From: Takakia lepidozioides
Lineage: Eukaryota > Plantae > Bryophyta
DNA: 64,000 nt
Assembly: GCA_030704615.1 (NCBI GenBank)
Contig: CM060731.1
Span: forward strand, 5,580,001-5,644,000
Direction: 5' to 3'
Both the position numbers and the translations under genes were made by a program. Below the pieces are notes generated by a model, which worked only from the letters and a program-made list of their open reading frames with translations, had not been told where the DNA came from and made no database searches. Below, piece after piece: positions 24,886-37,593 of this stretch. How positions within the stretch are numbered: the stretch's first letter is position 1; each line of letters starts with the position of its first letter.

Positions 24886-25699
24886 GTTCAATAATCAGGT
24901 ACATTTGTTCCGTGTTTTAGACATGCAAGCAAATGGAGGCACACTCGCTTTGTATTGCAAGATGTGGAGGAGCAAAGGCAAAAAATTCTTTGCTACCACA
25001 GTCAGCAACCAGTGAGAAACCTTCCATTGCATTTGGGCTCATCGCCCCAACCCTGGGACATCTACCCCCATCGTCAATTTTGGGCGTGTTGAGAGGCACT
25101 GCCACCAAGTTCTTTGTTTGGCAAGCGTTTCCGTTACCAAAAAAAAAAAAAAAAAAAAAAATCCAAAAACAAAGGGCCATGTGGTTTTGGCTAAAATAAT
25201 CTTAACAAAGCTCTCAAAGCTTCCTCCTCCTTTTTTGAGATAAATAATAAAGATAGATGGATGCCGGACCACTTCTAAGCTTAGTAGGAATAACAAGCCA
25301 ATGATTGTTAGTTGTATGTAGCAATAAAGTCAGAGTCAAATTTAGAATAACTTTTGACTGTTTTAATTTAGTAAGCAAGTGCTTCACATGGACTGGTTTA
25401 GCTAATAAAGTATGAATCAAATTTAGGAATGATGAATTACTAAAAACATTAATGTTATTAATATAGTATTTAGTAATATCAATTTAGTTGATACGGATTG
25501 GTCAATTAATTCTAAAGTAACTAAAAAGATGATTAAAAGATAAAAACTAAACGAGTAAAATTATCCAAGTATATGACATAAGAATGTAGAGCATTGTTTT
25601 TAACATCGATCTTTTCTTGTTGTTGTCTTGTTGTTATGTTCAATTTTTTTGAGATTGCAGGGGGATAGGAAATGTAAAAATTATGGGTTCATTTGAAAA

Positions 25700-28180
25700 T
25701 ATAACAAGTACATCTAACAAAAGAAAATGGATTCATGAACCGTGCATTCCATTATTGAATGGTCAATACAATGAAGAATTGGGTACTCTTAGGCTAGAAT
25801 ATGAATTTCCAAGAACTGTCCAGAGGTTGTTGTAGTCCAAGGTGTCATAAGAAACATTGCATATTAAATATTATGCATTGTCAAAAAAACATTAAATGAT
25901 AGTACTATCAGCGAGGATTACCAGAAAAAGTCAGAAGGGAGTGTAGCATGTTTTTAGAACGTGTATTATTAAAAGTCATAAGTTATATGAGGGATGTGTT
26001 TCTTTATCACAAAATAGATATCCGTTTTGTTTACCTTTCTTAGCCATCTTCCTTTGTGTCCTACCAAGAGTTTTTTAAAGATGTTTATTGGCTCCTCTTT
26101 ATTCTAAAGAAGAGACTACGCAATCGCTAAGTCCCTGTTGTGCCTTCCCAAGGTGCCACCTCAACTCCTTTGCTGAAAACTGCTTCATGTGCCTCCAAGG
26201 TAATATCTCACTTATTGAACAATTTATGAAGAATAAATTGATGAATTCTCAAGTTTATTATGGATGAAAGTAGATTTTACTATTTACAAAAGAGGAGCCA
26301 TACGCGACTAGCGGTTTATTAGTTAGTGATGTACCAGTCAACTCTATAAGTGAATTTCGAAATGTTGTCTCTTACGCTTTGTCTCATATCTCTTCATTAA
26401 GATGTAGAGAGAGAAGACTCCGGCCAGCAAAGGACCAACATAACTAAGAGCCACTTCACCTTGCAGCTACTGCCCCTTCATTAAGATGTAAATTATATAA
26501 TAATGAAATGTATAATTACTAAAAGATCTACTGGTATGGTTGGGTTAGTCAGGAGGCTACGGAGCGATATAGATATTTATATAGTATATAGTATTGTTCC
26601 CAAAGATGGCAAAAGTGTTCTTCCATACTGGTTACATATATTGAGACAAAAGATACGTGGAAGGCTTATATGTCAAAAGCATTTTGACCACCATTTTGCG
26701 TTTGATGAAAATGTTATTTGGTGTGAAGATTCTCATGTAAATGTGTTCGAAGATTTTGGAGAAAATGAGGTACATTTAATATACTTGCGAAATATGTTGG
26801 AGCGATAGATGTTCGTGTCTTAAAATTTGCTTATTTTCTCTTAGCACCTTATAGAGGACAGAGTGGATCAAATACAATACGGGGGCTAGTGAGTTAAAAA
26901 GTCATGGGTATACATTTTCTGCTAATATAGGTGCAAGGTTTGATAGATATACAAGTTGCTGAATATCAAGCATAGAAGAGGTGTCATTTCGTGATGTAGG
27001 CAAAACAATTGCAAGTAATATTTGGAAAGAAATTCAAAAAATATATCCGTTGTTTATTCCCAAATTGTTTTAGGCTCAAATTCGATTCGTACTCCAGTTT
27101 CAAACTAGGGGTTAATTTTACTAAACAACAATCTGGGAATAAACATCGGATATTTCTTTTGAATTCCTCTCCAAATATTACTTACAATTGTACTGCTTAA
27201 ATTACGAAATGACACTTCTTATGTGCTTCAAATCCGACAACTTGTATATCTATCAGTGCTTCCATCCGTATTAGTTGAGCACATGTACCCATGACTTTTC
27301 GACTCACTAGGCGTCTTGTATTTGATCCACTCCGTCTTCTGTAAGGTGCTAAGAGAAAATATGAACGCATTTCAAATTGTAAAACACGAACATCTATCGC
27401 TTCCAACATATTTCGCAAGTATATTAAGTGTACCCCCTTTTCTTCAAAATCTTTGATCTTTCACGTGAGAATCTTCACACCATATAGCATTTTTATCCAA
27501 CGCCACAATAAATGACGTCGTGGTCAGATATGGTTTTGAAATATAAGCCTTCAACATATCTTTTGTCTCAATATGTAATCACTATGGAAGAACACCTTTT
27601 CCATCTTTAGGAAGACTACTATATACTACATGAATGTCCTCAGTAGTCATAGCTTCCTAACTAATCCAACCACACCAGTAAATCCTTTAGTAATTATACA
27701 TTTCACAACTATATAATCTACATGTTTTTGAAGATATTTCTGAGACAAAGCGTGAGAGACAACATTTCAAAATTCACTTGTAGAGTTGACTGGTTCATCA
27801 TTAATTAATAAACATATTAAGTAAATTCTTGTGTGGGACTCAAAGGAAGATGGCCATAGAGAGAAGGGAAATAAAACGGACAACTGTTTTCTTATAGAGA
27901 AACCGGTCTCTCACATCTATTTCTCCATAAGAATACACGTTCTAAAGACACACTCCTTTCTGACTTTTGGAAAACCTCGCTGATGGTACTATCACTTAAT
28001 GTTTTTGACAAGATATAACATTTAATATGCAATGTTTCTTGTGACACCTTGGATTATAACAATATGCAGTTCCTAGAATTCTTATTCTAGCCTAGTAGTT
28101 CCCCGTTCTTCAATGTATTGACCAATCAATAATGAAATGCACGAATCCACTCTTTTTTGTTTTAGATGTACTTTATAACA
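25700..28180. repeat. Long inverted repeat (foldback): arms ~1.37 kb and ~1.06 kb, spacer ~50 bp
   Basis: Left arm ~25700-27070 is the reverse complement of ~27122-28180. Examples: AAGTACATCTAA/TTAGATGTACTT at the outer ends and TGTTTATTCCCA.ATTG/CAAT.TGGGAATAAACA at the centre. Diverged, with insertions in the left arm. Confidence 0.9.
26407..26475 (-). mobile_element. 69-bp 5'-truncated copy of the Dualen-like LINE 3' end with a 15-bp TSD
   Basis: Reverse complement GGGCAGTAGCTGCAAGGTGAAGTGGCTCTTAGTTA...GGCCGGAGTCTTCTCTCTC matches 7816-7880. TSD CTTCATTAAGATGTA at 26392-26406 and 26476-26490. Empty site in the other foldback arm. Confidence 0.9.
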
Positions 28181-28813
28181 TAGGGACGTGGGAGGGGGAG
28201 AACACGCCATAGTGCAACAAAGTTTGGTCACAGCCTATAACCGTGTACTGTAACTTAAGTAGTAGGGCTTGGTGGCTTTCTTGCTGTTTATCCAGGGGAT
28301 GATGGTCTTGTGTCTTGTTTGGTGAAGCCATCCACTCTTTATCAGAAAGTGTGAACGAATGTGTCCACCTTCCAAACAGAAGGGAGTGAAGTGGGCACTG
28401 GGCACCATAAGTTGCAGTTGCTTGAGCAGAGTCTTCCTTCTTTTTTGAGTGTGGACAATGGTGTAAAGAAAGTCTGCAACCTTGAGGATACTATTCTCCA
28501 TGAAAAAGAATACCCTTCATGCATACAGTAATGTTGTTCACTTTGTGTTTGTCTTTTCTTCACTCCTTGCAAGTTTGTAACTATCGCAGTTGTGCTTGAT
28601 CACTGCTCGTTCCCTCTCAGAAGTTCATTCCATGATCATCGGAAATTTCGGCAGGCTTCAACAACAGAGGCTACTAGAAAAGGGTTTTATTTGGGAGGGG
28701 AGGATTGGCCGAGTTTGTTGTCCTGTTGCCCTCATCTCGAACTATTCTCTTCCTGTGAAGCTACTATGTCGGAACAAACCTTCTGGCATCATCGCACGCG
28801 ATGAAATGAAACA

Positions 28814-31800
28814 ATGAAGTTCACAACGAGTGTGGGATGGGGGGAGCATGGCAAGGGGCCCGCCTGCCATTTGCTGGAAATTTGTCAAGCTCGGCTTCTG
28901 CTAGAGTGCCCTCTGGACCTGTCTGCTCTGTCACTATTCCTTCCCACCTTCTTGCCCACGCACAGGGGCAGCCCAGCGCCCTCCCCTTGTCTCAAATCTA
29001 GTGTCAAAAATGCAGGGATCATATCACATTTATCTGGGCACCGAAGGAAAGAGGAGTTGGTGGGCGATGGCGAACGGGGCCCGTCTTCATCAACCAAACG
29101 CCAGTGCGTGACAAAACTCGCACAGGGGTCTGAAAAATCTGGAGGAAAGAGCGGTGTGCTAAGTCCTCCATTCCGAGAATTGGGAGGTCACGTGCTGATT
29201 GATGGAGAGCCGTGGTACAGGACTGCGGAGCTGGGGCTTGTGGATGTGGCACTTTTGGATGCCGTCATTATCTCCAATCCGACAGGAATGCTAGGCTTAC
29301 CATTCCTCACTCGGAACCCAGATTTTTCTGCCAAGGTGACATTCTTCTAGTTTTGTGATTGTTTAGAAAAGGAGGAAATGAGATGGAATCGCTGCCTGAC
29401 TACGCCTGCCGATTGGAATGACCACTTGAGGAACCTAATTGTGCAGATTTTGACCATAACCCATTTAAAACTCTGGCATACAGATTTATGTGACGGAGGC
29501 AACGGCCAAGATTGGGCAGCTGATGATGGAGGAGCTGGTGGCCATGCATGCAGAGTTTGTCCAAATCTATGGAAGGCCCAGAGCTGTACCTTCTTGGTTG
29601 GACCTCTCTGTGCTTACCACATTGCCGGAAGCTGTGAGAAACCGACTTGTTGGTAAAAGTGGAGCTGGCAGAGCAAATTGGCATCCCCTCTACAGGTTGT
29701 TAATACATACTCCTTGGTTTCCTTCCTTTCGCTTTTTGCTTCCTACCAATTTCAAAATAACACATGGACTGGTGGGTTGGGTGGGGAACATGTGAACAGC
29801 AAAGCAGACATCAGACATTGCATGACAAAGGTGCATTGCCTGCGATATGGTGAACAGGTCAACATGGATGGTTGTTTGCAAATCAGGCCCTCAAGCTCTG
29901 GACTGGGCATCGGAGCTTCCAACTGGTCTATCTTAGGGGCCAGGCGAAATGTTGCCTACGTAGCTGCATCTCTATCAACCCCAAACCATGCGATGGCATT
30001 GGATATTTCTGCACTTAAAGGATGTCAAACACTTCTCTTTTGTGATGTTGAAGCTTCAGATGAATCATCAGCAACCACTGAAGTAAAAGTAGGCATGGAA
30101 GGCAGAGAGATTGAGGCTAAGGCTGGAGAAATTTTGCGAGGAGAGGGTGGAGCACAAGGATCTGAGAATCCTGTGCCAGCTAGGCAGTCATCCACTGGTT
30201 CGGCCGGTTCCCAAAGACTGACAACAGCAACCAGCGGGGGGTCATCTTCAAATCCACTCCGTGCAGGGCCATCAAGTGGCAGTGTCGTGGTGGCCCAGAA
30301 GCCTCCCTCAGTGAGTGGGGCTCCCTCAGTGATGTCAAGTGAGAAAGGAGGGAAGGGGTCCAGCAGTGAAGGAGGGGGTGCTATGCGGCCAGATACAGCA
30401 AGTCCAGATGTGAGAACCGAGGTGGCATCACTATGCAAAGCAGCAGTTGAGACCACTAAGAGGGGTGGCTCTGTGCTGATCCCAGTGAGTCCCTTTGGAG
30501 TTCTGCTGGAACTTCTGGAGGAGATGGCTGTGCATCTAGGTTCTGCCAATCTGGCGTATGTTCCTCTTTTCCTCTAATATTCGCTCTTTAGCATGTGCTG
30601 TCTTTAGACGCTAATCACTTGATGTTTTGTGCTTTGATGAGTAGCATACGACTTTAAATCAGTTGGATTTAGGTTAGGAATCATGGTGTATTCAGGTTTG
30701 GTGTGGAATTTTTCCTGATACTCTCTTCTGTGTCCTGCCCCCACCTGCCCCCTCCCCTTTCCTAACCTTAATACTGAGGTGAGCAGGCACATTCCGATGC
30801 TCTATATATCCCCTGGGGCTGAGGAGATGTTGGCATATGGCAATACTGTTCCTGAGTGGCTTTGCCTATCTCGACAAGATAAGGTGAGATCAGCTGAAGT
30901 CGCCCTCTCCTGAAACCTAGTATTTTGTATCTTGACAACGCCTTCATAATAATCAATCTATTTTCAGCCTTTGATTCGGAGTGTGATAGAAAAGAACAGA
31001 GTACTGGTGAACAGATGTGTTGGAGGGGAGACCAAGGGGAAGTTACTGGACTTCGCTTGCTGTAGCCTTGTGGCCATAGACCACTGGATGGAGCAGAAAG
31101 TTTGGGAGGGAGCAGGGAAAGGGAAGAGAGCAAGATAGTACTGAGTTGGCAGGGCAGCTGTATGCAGGGGAGCCTCTGTTTGGTTACGTGGACCTGATCC
31201 GGGAGGAACGATTGTGCTATTTTCCAGCACTCTATTCTCCAGACCTGCTGTAAGCTGATTTGCTCTCCTGCATTGCTAAAAATCTGGAGGATTGAAAAAG
31301 AAAATCAGCCGCAACTCTGAATGCTCGCTAAATACTATCCATGCCTTCAATACCTCAGGAAGTACATATGGAGGGGATCTTTTCATCAGGGAATTTGCAC
31401 CTTCTGGTTGCAGTCGCTAGGTGTTAGGCAAGCAGTACTTTTCTTCTGTATTCTGTCCTGCTATGTACGGGCTTCAAGCCCTCCTTTAGGCCCTAAATGG
31501 ACGGGATGAGATGCTGTACCTCCCCTGAATCTATTTCTTTCAGACAAAATCCATCCATCGATCTACATGATGCTCAGGGTAAGACTCTGGGTTATACTCT
31601 TATTCCTGTCGAGCTTAGACCACTATTGCTTGGACAGGCACTAGTTTCTGGAGCACTTATTACCCTTTTGACTGATTGCTTAGCTAATAGCTTTTAATTT
31701 TGTGGAATCATGGTCCCTTTGGCAGGAGTACATGGCAAGAGCCTTGTATAGTGTTTGCAGCACACAGCAGTTTGCGGATTGGACCGGCAGTGCAGCTTCT

Positions 31801-33049
31801 CAATCGCTGGTCCCACAACTCCCTCTGCTTGCTCATCCTCACCGAGGTTCTCTACAGAGACATCTGGCAACCTACGTTACGTGTGCCTTCACTAGTTTCG
31901 TATGTCAGTTCAGTATGTCTCATTCCTGCATTGATGGTGAAAATAAACTGCTTTAACCCTCTGATCTAATGTTGATGGGCTTTGTTCTTGTCACAGTCGA
32001 ACCTTGACAGGCAACTTTCTCTCGCACCATTTCAGCCACTGGCAATTCAAGTCCTGGAGCTGCCTGTCCACTCAAGGCTGAGGTCAGCATCCACTGTACT
32101 CTCTCTGTATCAGTAGTTCTTGGTTTGTTCTACTTTGTCGTCCCATGAGCCTGCCCATGGCCGTGTGTTGACGGTATAAGCTTTCCTCTTTCTTTCTTTC
32201 TTTCTCTCTTTCACATTTGGCTTCTGTTGACAACTTACGGCCGAATTGCTGTGCCTGCTACATTGACAGCCCAAAGGAAGCGGCATCTATCATACAAGAA
32301 TTGGAGTCAAGAGTCACCTTGGTGAGTCCCAAAACAGGTGTTTTTCTTTTGTTCTTCATCTGCTCTTCTTACACTAGATTATCACTTCTGGGCTCTCAGC
32401 GGTGCTTGCTCCTCTTCAAGATGTTGCAGATACTAACTTCACTGTTATGAACTTGTCACCACAACAGGTACCAGAGTTCCTCCTAAGCAGACTGGAAGCA
32501 ACGCATGACACAAATACAGATATAAAGTCTAGACTCACTTATAGGATGGGTCAGGTCCTTCGAGTGCCTAACTTCGAGAACGAGTTGGAAGTTGACATGT
32601 CAGCAGAACTAGCACTCCAAGTTCAACCGAAACCTGTAAAGCCAAGCAAGGTGGCAGCAGCTTTTCTCCACGCAGACCTGTGTATTAAGGATGGGCTATG
32701 GTCACTGGAAGTCCCGAGTCCTGTCAAGTTTCCAGGGGATCCATTACTAGGGTTACACAGCTATCACTGGGGCCAAGTAAATGTGGACGCCCTGTTGACA
32801 GCATTAAAAGATCGGGGTCTGTTTGATGTATATCTGCGAGAGCCTGCAAGCAGGGATTCCTCTGTGGAAATTGACGACTGTGTGGCAGAAAAGGTGCAAA
32901 CTGAGGTGAAGAGCACTGTAGTAGAAATTCTCAATCCTTCTCATGCCTGGATAGAGGTTCGACCAAATGGTAGCCACATCAAAGCTGAGGAACCCTCTCT
33001 CCGGCGGCTTGTTGCGGAAGCAGTCAAAAGTGTTTTGCATGGGCTTTAA
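28814..33049 (+). CDS. INTS9: Integrator complex subunit 9 (metallo-beta-lactamase/beta-CASP fold), ~9 exons
   Basis: Exons ~28814-29335, 29483-29694, 29799-30555, 30788-30882, 31158-31249, 31726-31846, 31997-32082, 32270-32320, 32468-33049. Motifs LLECPLDLSAL, DAVIISNPTGMLGLPFLT, IYVTEAT, SSGLGIGASNW, GGSVLIP, WQEPCIVF..HSSLRIGP. Confidence 0.9.
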
Positions 33050-34491
33050 GTGATTCATATACACCTACTATCCAACCATCTGCCCTCAACTCTTTGTGAA
33101 TTATGTGCACCAGTTTTTCACCTGCCAAAAATCCTCACATTTTACTGCTCTCAGAAGGTATATACTCTGAACATATCTAAATGCAAAAGACAGGGGGACA
33201 AGTATCTAAACTGGCAAGCTGTAACACAAGAACTTGGAAATGAACTGCTCCACATATGTTATGGTTTTCGAGTTTAGTTGTCTATAAGTAACCTGCAGGG
33301 TACAGTCTCCCACTAGTGTCAAAGAAAGTTTACATTAAAGAGATTTTATCCATTCTTCGACTTTCCAAGCTTTAATCTCTACTCTGGATGGAGTTTGGTG
33401 GCTGAGACTCCTTTTAGAGCTGATTGTCTAAATCAATAGATCCCAATCCTACCTGATGCATAACACTTTCTTTGGCAGCTTTTTGTGAAGATTAGTCAGA
33501 GGGAGACAAAACAAGGAAGAGTTCCAATGCCTAAGTAAGACCCAAAGGAATACCAAATGTACACGAGATAGATTGTCTACACAACTATCTTGTCCCTGTA
33601 ACCAAATACATCCTCCTGCATAATCAATGTTGATACCCTACAAATTCACTAAACCCTACAAAGGCCAGGACTCAAGGTCAAAAGCATCATAAGATTGGAC
33701 AGATATGGGTAAAATGGAAAGTCAACAGATGTGAGTACACCAAATGAGGACAATTCTGGAGGAGCAGACCAGTTCCTTAGGTGAGGGCATCAGATGTTCA
33801 ATACCTCTTTAGACTAGAAAGGACAAATTTGTACATTTCAACAGGATTGCCCGTGGACATTTCTTGAATACAGTACATGCTCAGTCTTCACTTGAAAGAA
33901 ACTTGACTGCGGTTGTTGATCAAGGCCCAATAACCAATAATACATCAAGTAAGAAAGTGGAACTCTGAACATTTGTTATTATACAACCGGGTGTCCTACC
34001 ATGAGAAAGCCCAAACACCCCCTTCATACCACACATTCTGTCTGCAGGCCAAACATCCTGCCAATGAATGTGTTTTTTCTCAAGACTCTTCTATGTCTGC
34101 ACCCTAGTGTTTCATCTAATCAAGCCCCCATCCCATTATCAGTTGGGGGCATACCTGTTGCTGTGAGTAGATTGTCCCAAGAAGCCCTCAAAATCTTTGT
34201 GGCTCCCTTTTACTCCCTCTAAACAACAATTCTACCAAACTTTGCTAGTTCATGACTTCTATACAGGCCTTTACCATGGCCTATCCCACTGCTTTTGGCA
34301 AACTTACCATCCTGCGAGCCAATACTTGTACAGGGGCCTCAAACCCAAACATTGTTTTCCACTCTTTCTTTGCTCAAAACCCCATCCTTGCTTCACACCC
34401 TTTTGTCCATTTTAGTGATGCAGAGAAGCAGACAGCTGGTTTCCTTGATCCATCTCACTTCTCCACCTTTACCGACTAACAATGCATCTGA

Positions 34492-37400
34492 TCACCATGC
34501 TTCAACCCGTTCATTATGGTGGTCGATTGTGTTTACCATGCGACCATTCTTGACCTTTGCTTTGTTGCTGCGCTTAGATGGGAGCAACAGACGGTGGGCA
34601 TACTGGTCATAATCCACTTTGGCATCTTCCCGCTGCACAGAACTGTGACGTTCATGACCATTGAGGAGCACACCCCCATAGTCATTGTCTGGCTCGTCAG
34701 CATCAGGAGTTTCTGGACCCAAGGGTGCTGGTCCATGCTCCAAGAGTGCCTCTTGACGGCCCTTCAGTGTGCGGAGGATAAGAGTTTTGAGAAGGTTCAT
34801 GACTTGAACAGCATGCATCAGAGCTGTCAGTGGGTCGGCCATCTGGAGCAACAAATTAGCACAATGAGGCAAAAGATAGTATGGCAGGGTTTCTTAAGGA
34901 AGCATCCCCAAGATTCGAGATGACAACATCTCAAAAGATCGGAAAGCTAGACACATGATGTCCAAGGGCTGGAAGAGACCAAGAAAACTAGAACCATCAA
35001 AAGCAAAGGATGGAGTGAAAAGGACTGGAAGCTAGACCCTATGAAAGGACGGGTGCCAAAGGACTGGAAGAGGACAAGCAACCAAGAAAACTAGAAGCCA
35101 GAGGCATTTTGATACATCCCTGTTGTTGGAGACACGGCCAAGAGGCTTCAGAGAAATTTCCATAAAAATCGCATCAGACACAGAGATGGGAAGTTGATAC
35201 CAAGGTAGGTGATGGCTGCAAAAACCTACCTGAGTCATATTGGGAGCAAAGACCATGGCAATGTTACGAGAATTCATCTTGTTAGTGACCTCCTCCTGCA
35301 CGACATCAGCCATCAAATTGACAGCCCAGTCTAGCAATGCAGCTTGTGTGGGAGGCAGCAGCTTCACGAGAGCCACACTCTCCTCCTCTGTGTGGCATGA
35401 CAAGACCTGCTCTGGGGTCAATGCATCCAATATTCCTTGAGGAAGCTCCCGAAACCATGCCTGCAGAAAATCCCATATCAACCATGTTGGTTCAGCCTAC
35501 TTTAGAATTTTAGACTTGGAGTACCATGTGCCTGAACTAAGGGTGTGAATTTATTGGCTCTGTCCTGCAAGGGATAGAGGCATTGTGGAGACATCTTGCC
35601 TAGGGGGAGAACTAGGCTTATCCATTAATGGAGGGTTGATGGGCATGATTCATGAAGCCATGGAAAAAGTATAAAACAAGGGATAGAGGCATTGTGGAGA
35701 TATCTTTCCTAGGGGGAGAACTAGGCTTATCCATCAAGCCTAGTCTATGGAGGGTTGATGGGCATGATTCATGAAGCCGTGGAGAAAGTATAAAACAACA
35801 ACCCCAAAATCACCGAAGGAAAGAGCAAGGACAGAGCCTCTTGTGGCGGAGCCGCTTGTTATTTTCCCTCTTTGCTCTCATTGACTGCATCAAAGAGCAC
35901 AAAACACTAACCTTGATGAGGCCAGCAAGGCAGTGGAGGTCAATATCTAAGGGCACAATGCCCTTGTTGAGTTGGTCCCTCACATGTTCTTCATGGCTGT
36001 TTTCTGCATTAATCCTGAAGATGCCCTCAACCTGCAAAAGTGCACAGTTCCTCAGGTAAGATTTTATGCTGCAACTTTTCTCCAACTCCAAACGCAAACA
36101 ACCAGGGGACAACAGCAGCTATTGTCCCTGCTTAGGCACCCGCAGTCAATTCAAGGGAAAGGGATATTAAAGTGAACCTTCAAGCCTCCTTGGTAATAGA
36201 GTCGCTCCTGCATAAGAAGAAGGATGGTGGGGACACTATTGCCTCTGGCATCGTACGCGCATTGCATCGACTCTGCCGACACTCCAAACACACTTTGACT
36301 GCCATACCATGCATGCACATGAACTATATTAGATTTATCATTCTGTTGCATCAAGAATGCAGCAAATAAACTCTCGATTGCACAAAAGACAATTATGACC
36401 TTCTTTTTGCAACAGATCGCCACTTCCATGAGCCTCATACTTATTGATAGCTCCAAAAGTGTTCAGCCCCAATCTACCAGGTTAGACATGACCTTAGAAC
36501 AGGGGACTACACCCTTACGTGAAAGAAACGAAAAGTTAGAGGAAGGTAGAAGACAAGGCTCTTCAAGGGGATCAAAGGGGAGCTACTACCTTGCACATAA
36601 TTATAAGAGTAGCCTAGCTTATAGAAACTGTACACCAACACGTGTTCCATGCTCCAAAGGTAGTAATAGACAGGTGTGATGGTGTCTGTATTCAACGCAG
36701 AGATACATGTATAGCTAGAAGAGCAAGGGGAAGGAGAATGTACACTGGGCACTGGGCATCCTCACATGGCTATATAGAATATACTTGGATGCACTCCATA
36801 TTGGAGCTCTCCCTTCTTTTGGATTGTCATGCACAATGACAGAAAATATCTTGCTGAAACCAACCAAACTACAGAAGCATTTGACAGAAAATTCATATCT
36901 TGCACTTTAACCCCTCACAATCAAACTATTAAGGAAACTAAGGAAACAGGCTTTCTCAGCACGACCACTGGCGCTCTTGCTGTCCCGGTGGCACTGTTCC
37001 ATGCTCTCATGCACAAGACACTGTAGACCTAATTTTCCTAGTCGTAGCGAAGAGGCAAGACAGAAGAAATGGAGGGGAGAAAACCTGGCACTGGGCACCC
37101 GCCGTGGAATCTCAACCTCAAATTCTTCAGGTAGGCCAAGAAAACCATTGTAACGATCGAAAGTGACATGGGCAACGTGCTGGACATCAGTCGGCCAGCC
37201 AATATCCATTGTGTTCTCCTCCTGCGCTGCATGGCAAGAAGCCACTAATGAGCGCCTTACTGTAGCCAATAAGAGCGCCACCATCGAAAGCTGAGCCCTT
37301 TCCCTCTCTTGCTCGTCGCTATGCCGGTATGATCCCGGCTCGCCCCACCTTCCGCGGGTGATTCGGTACTCAGGACCGGCTGTGCTCTCACACGCTTCAT

Positions 37401-37593
37401 CTTCAAAAAGCTGCCCCCGTAAGCAATCTCCATTAGCTCCTGGAATATGGATGAGGGGAGAGGCTGGGTTCCCGCTGTAGCCCTCTGTATCCGTGTCCGA
37501 AATGTAGTTCAAGGAGCTGATAAATTCTTCAGACTCGTTATTCTCCGGTGCGTAATGGCCCGAATGCCTTGTTGTTGGGAGAACTGAAGTCAT
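34492..37593 (-). CDS. ROPGAP: Rho/ROP GTPase-activating protein with CRIB motif (RopGAP), 5 exons
   Basis: CRIB MDIGWPTDVQHVAHVTFDRYNGFLGLP; GAP motifs GNSVPTILLLMQ, VEGIFRINAEN, KAWFRELP, NKMNSRNIAMVFAPNMTQMADPLTALMHAVQVMN; C-terminal ERVEAW. Exons ~37593-37085, 36298-36178, 36030-35913, 35460-35230, 34842-34492. An in-frame upstream ATG at 37740 is an alternative start. Confidence 0.93.
35568..35798. repeat. ~110-120 bp tandem duplication in a RopGAP intron
   Basis: Two near-identical copies of CAAGGGATAGAGGCATTGTGGAGA...AAAGTATAAAA. Confidence 0.85.

Noticed and set aside
26089-26300. Small MITE with 12-bp TIR TGGCTCCTCTTT in the foldback left arm
   Set aside because: TIR is short and no convincing TSD; left unannotated
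30025-30549. 174-aa minus-strand ORF
   Set aside because: Antisense to an INTS9 exon
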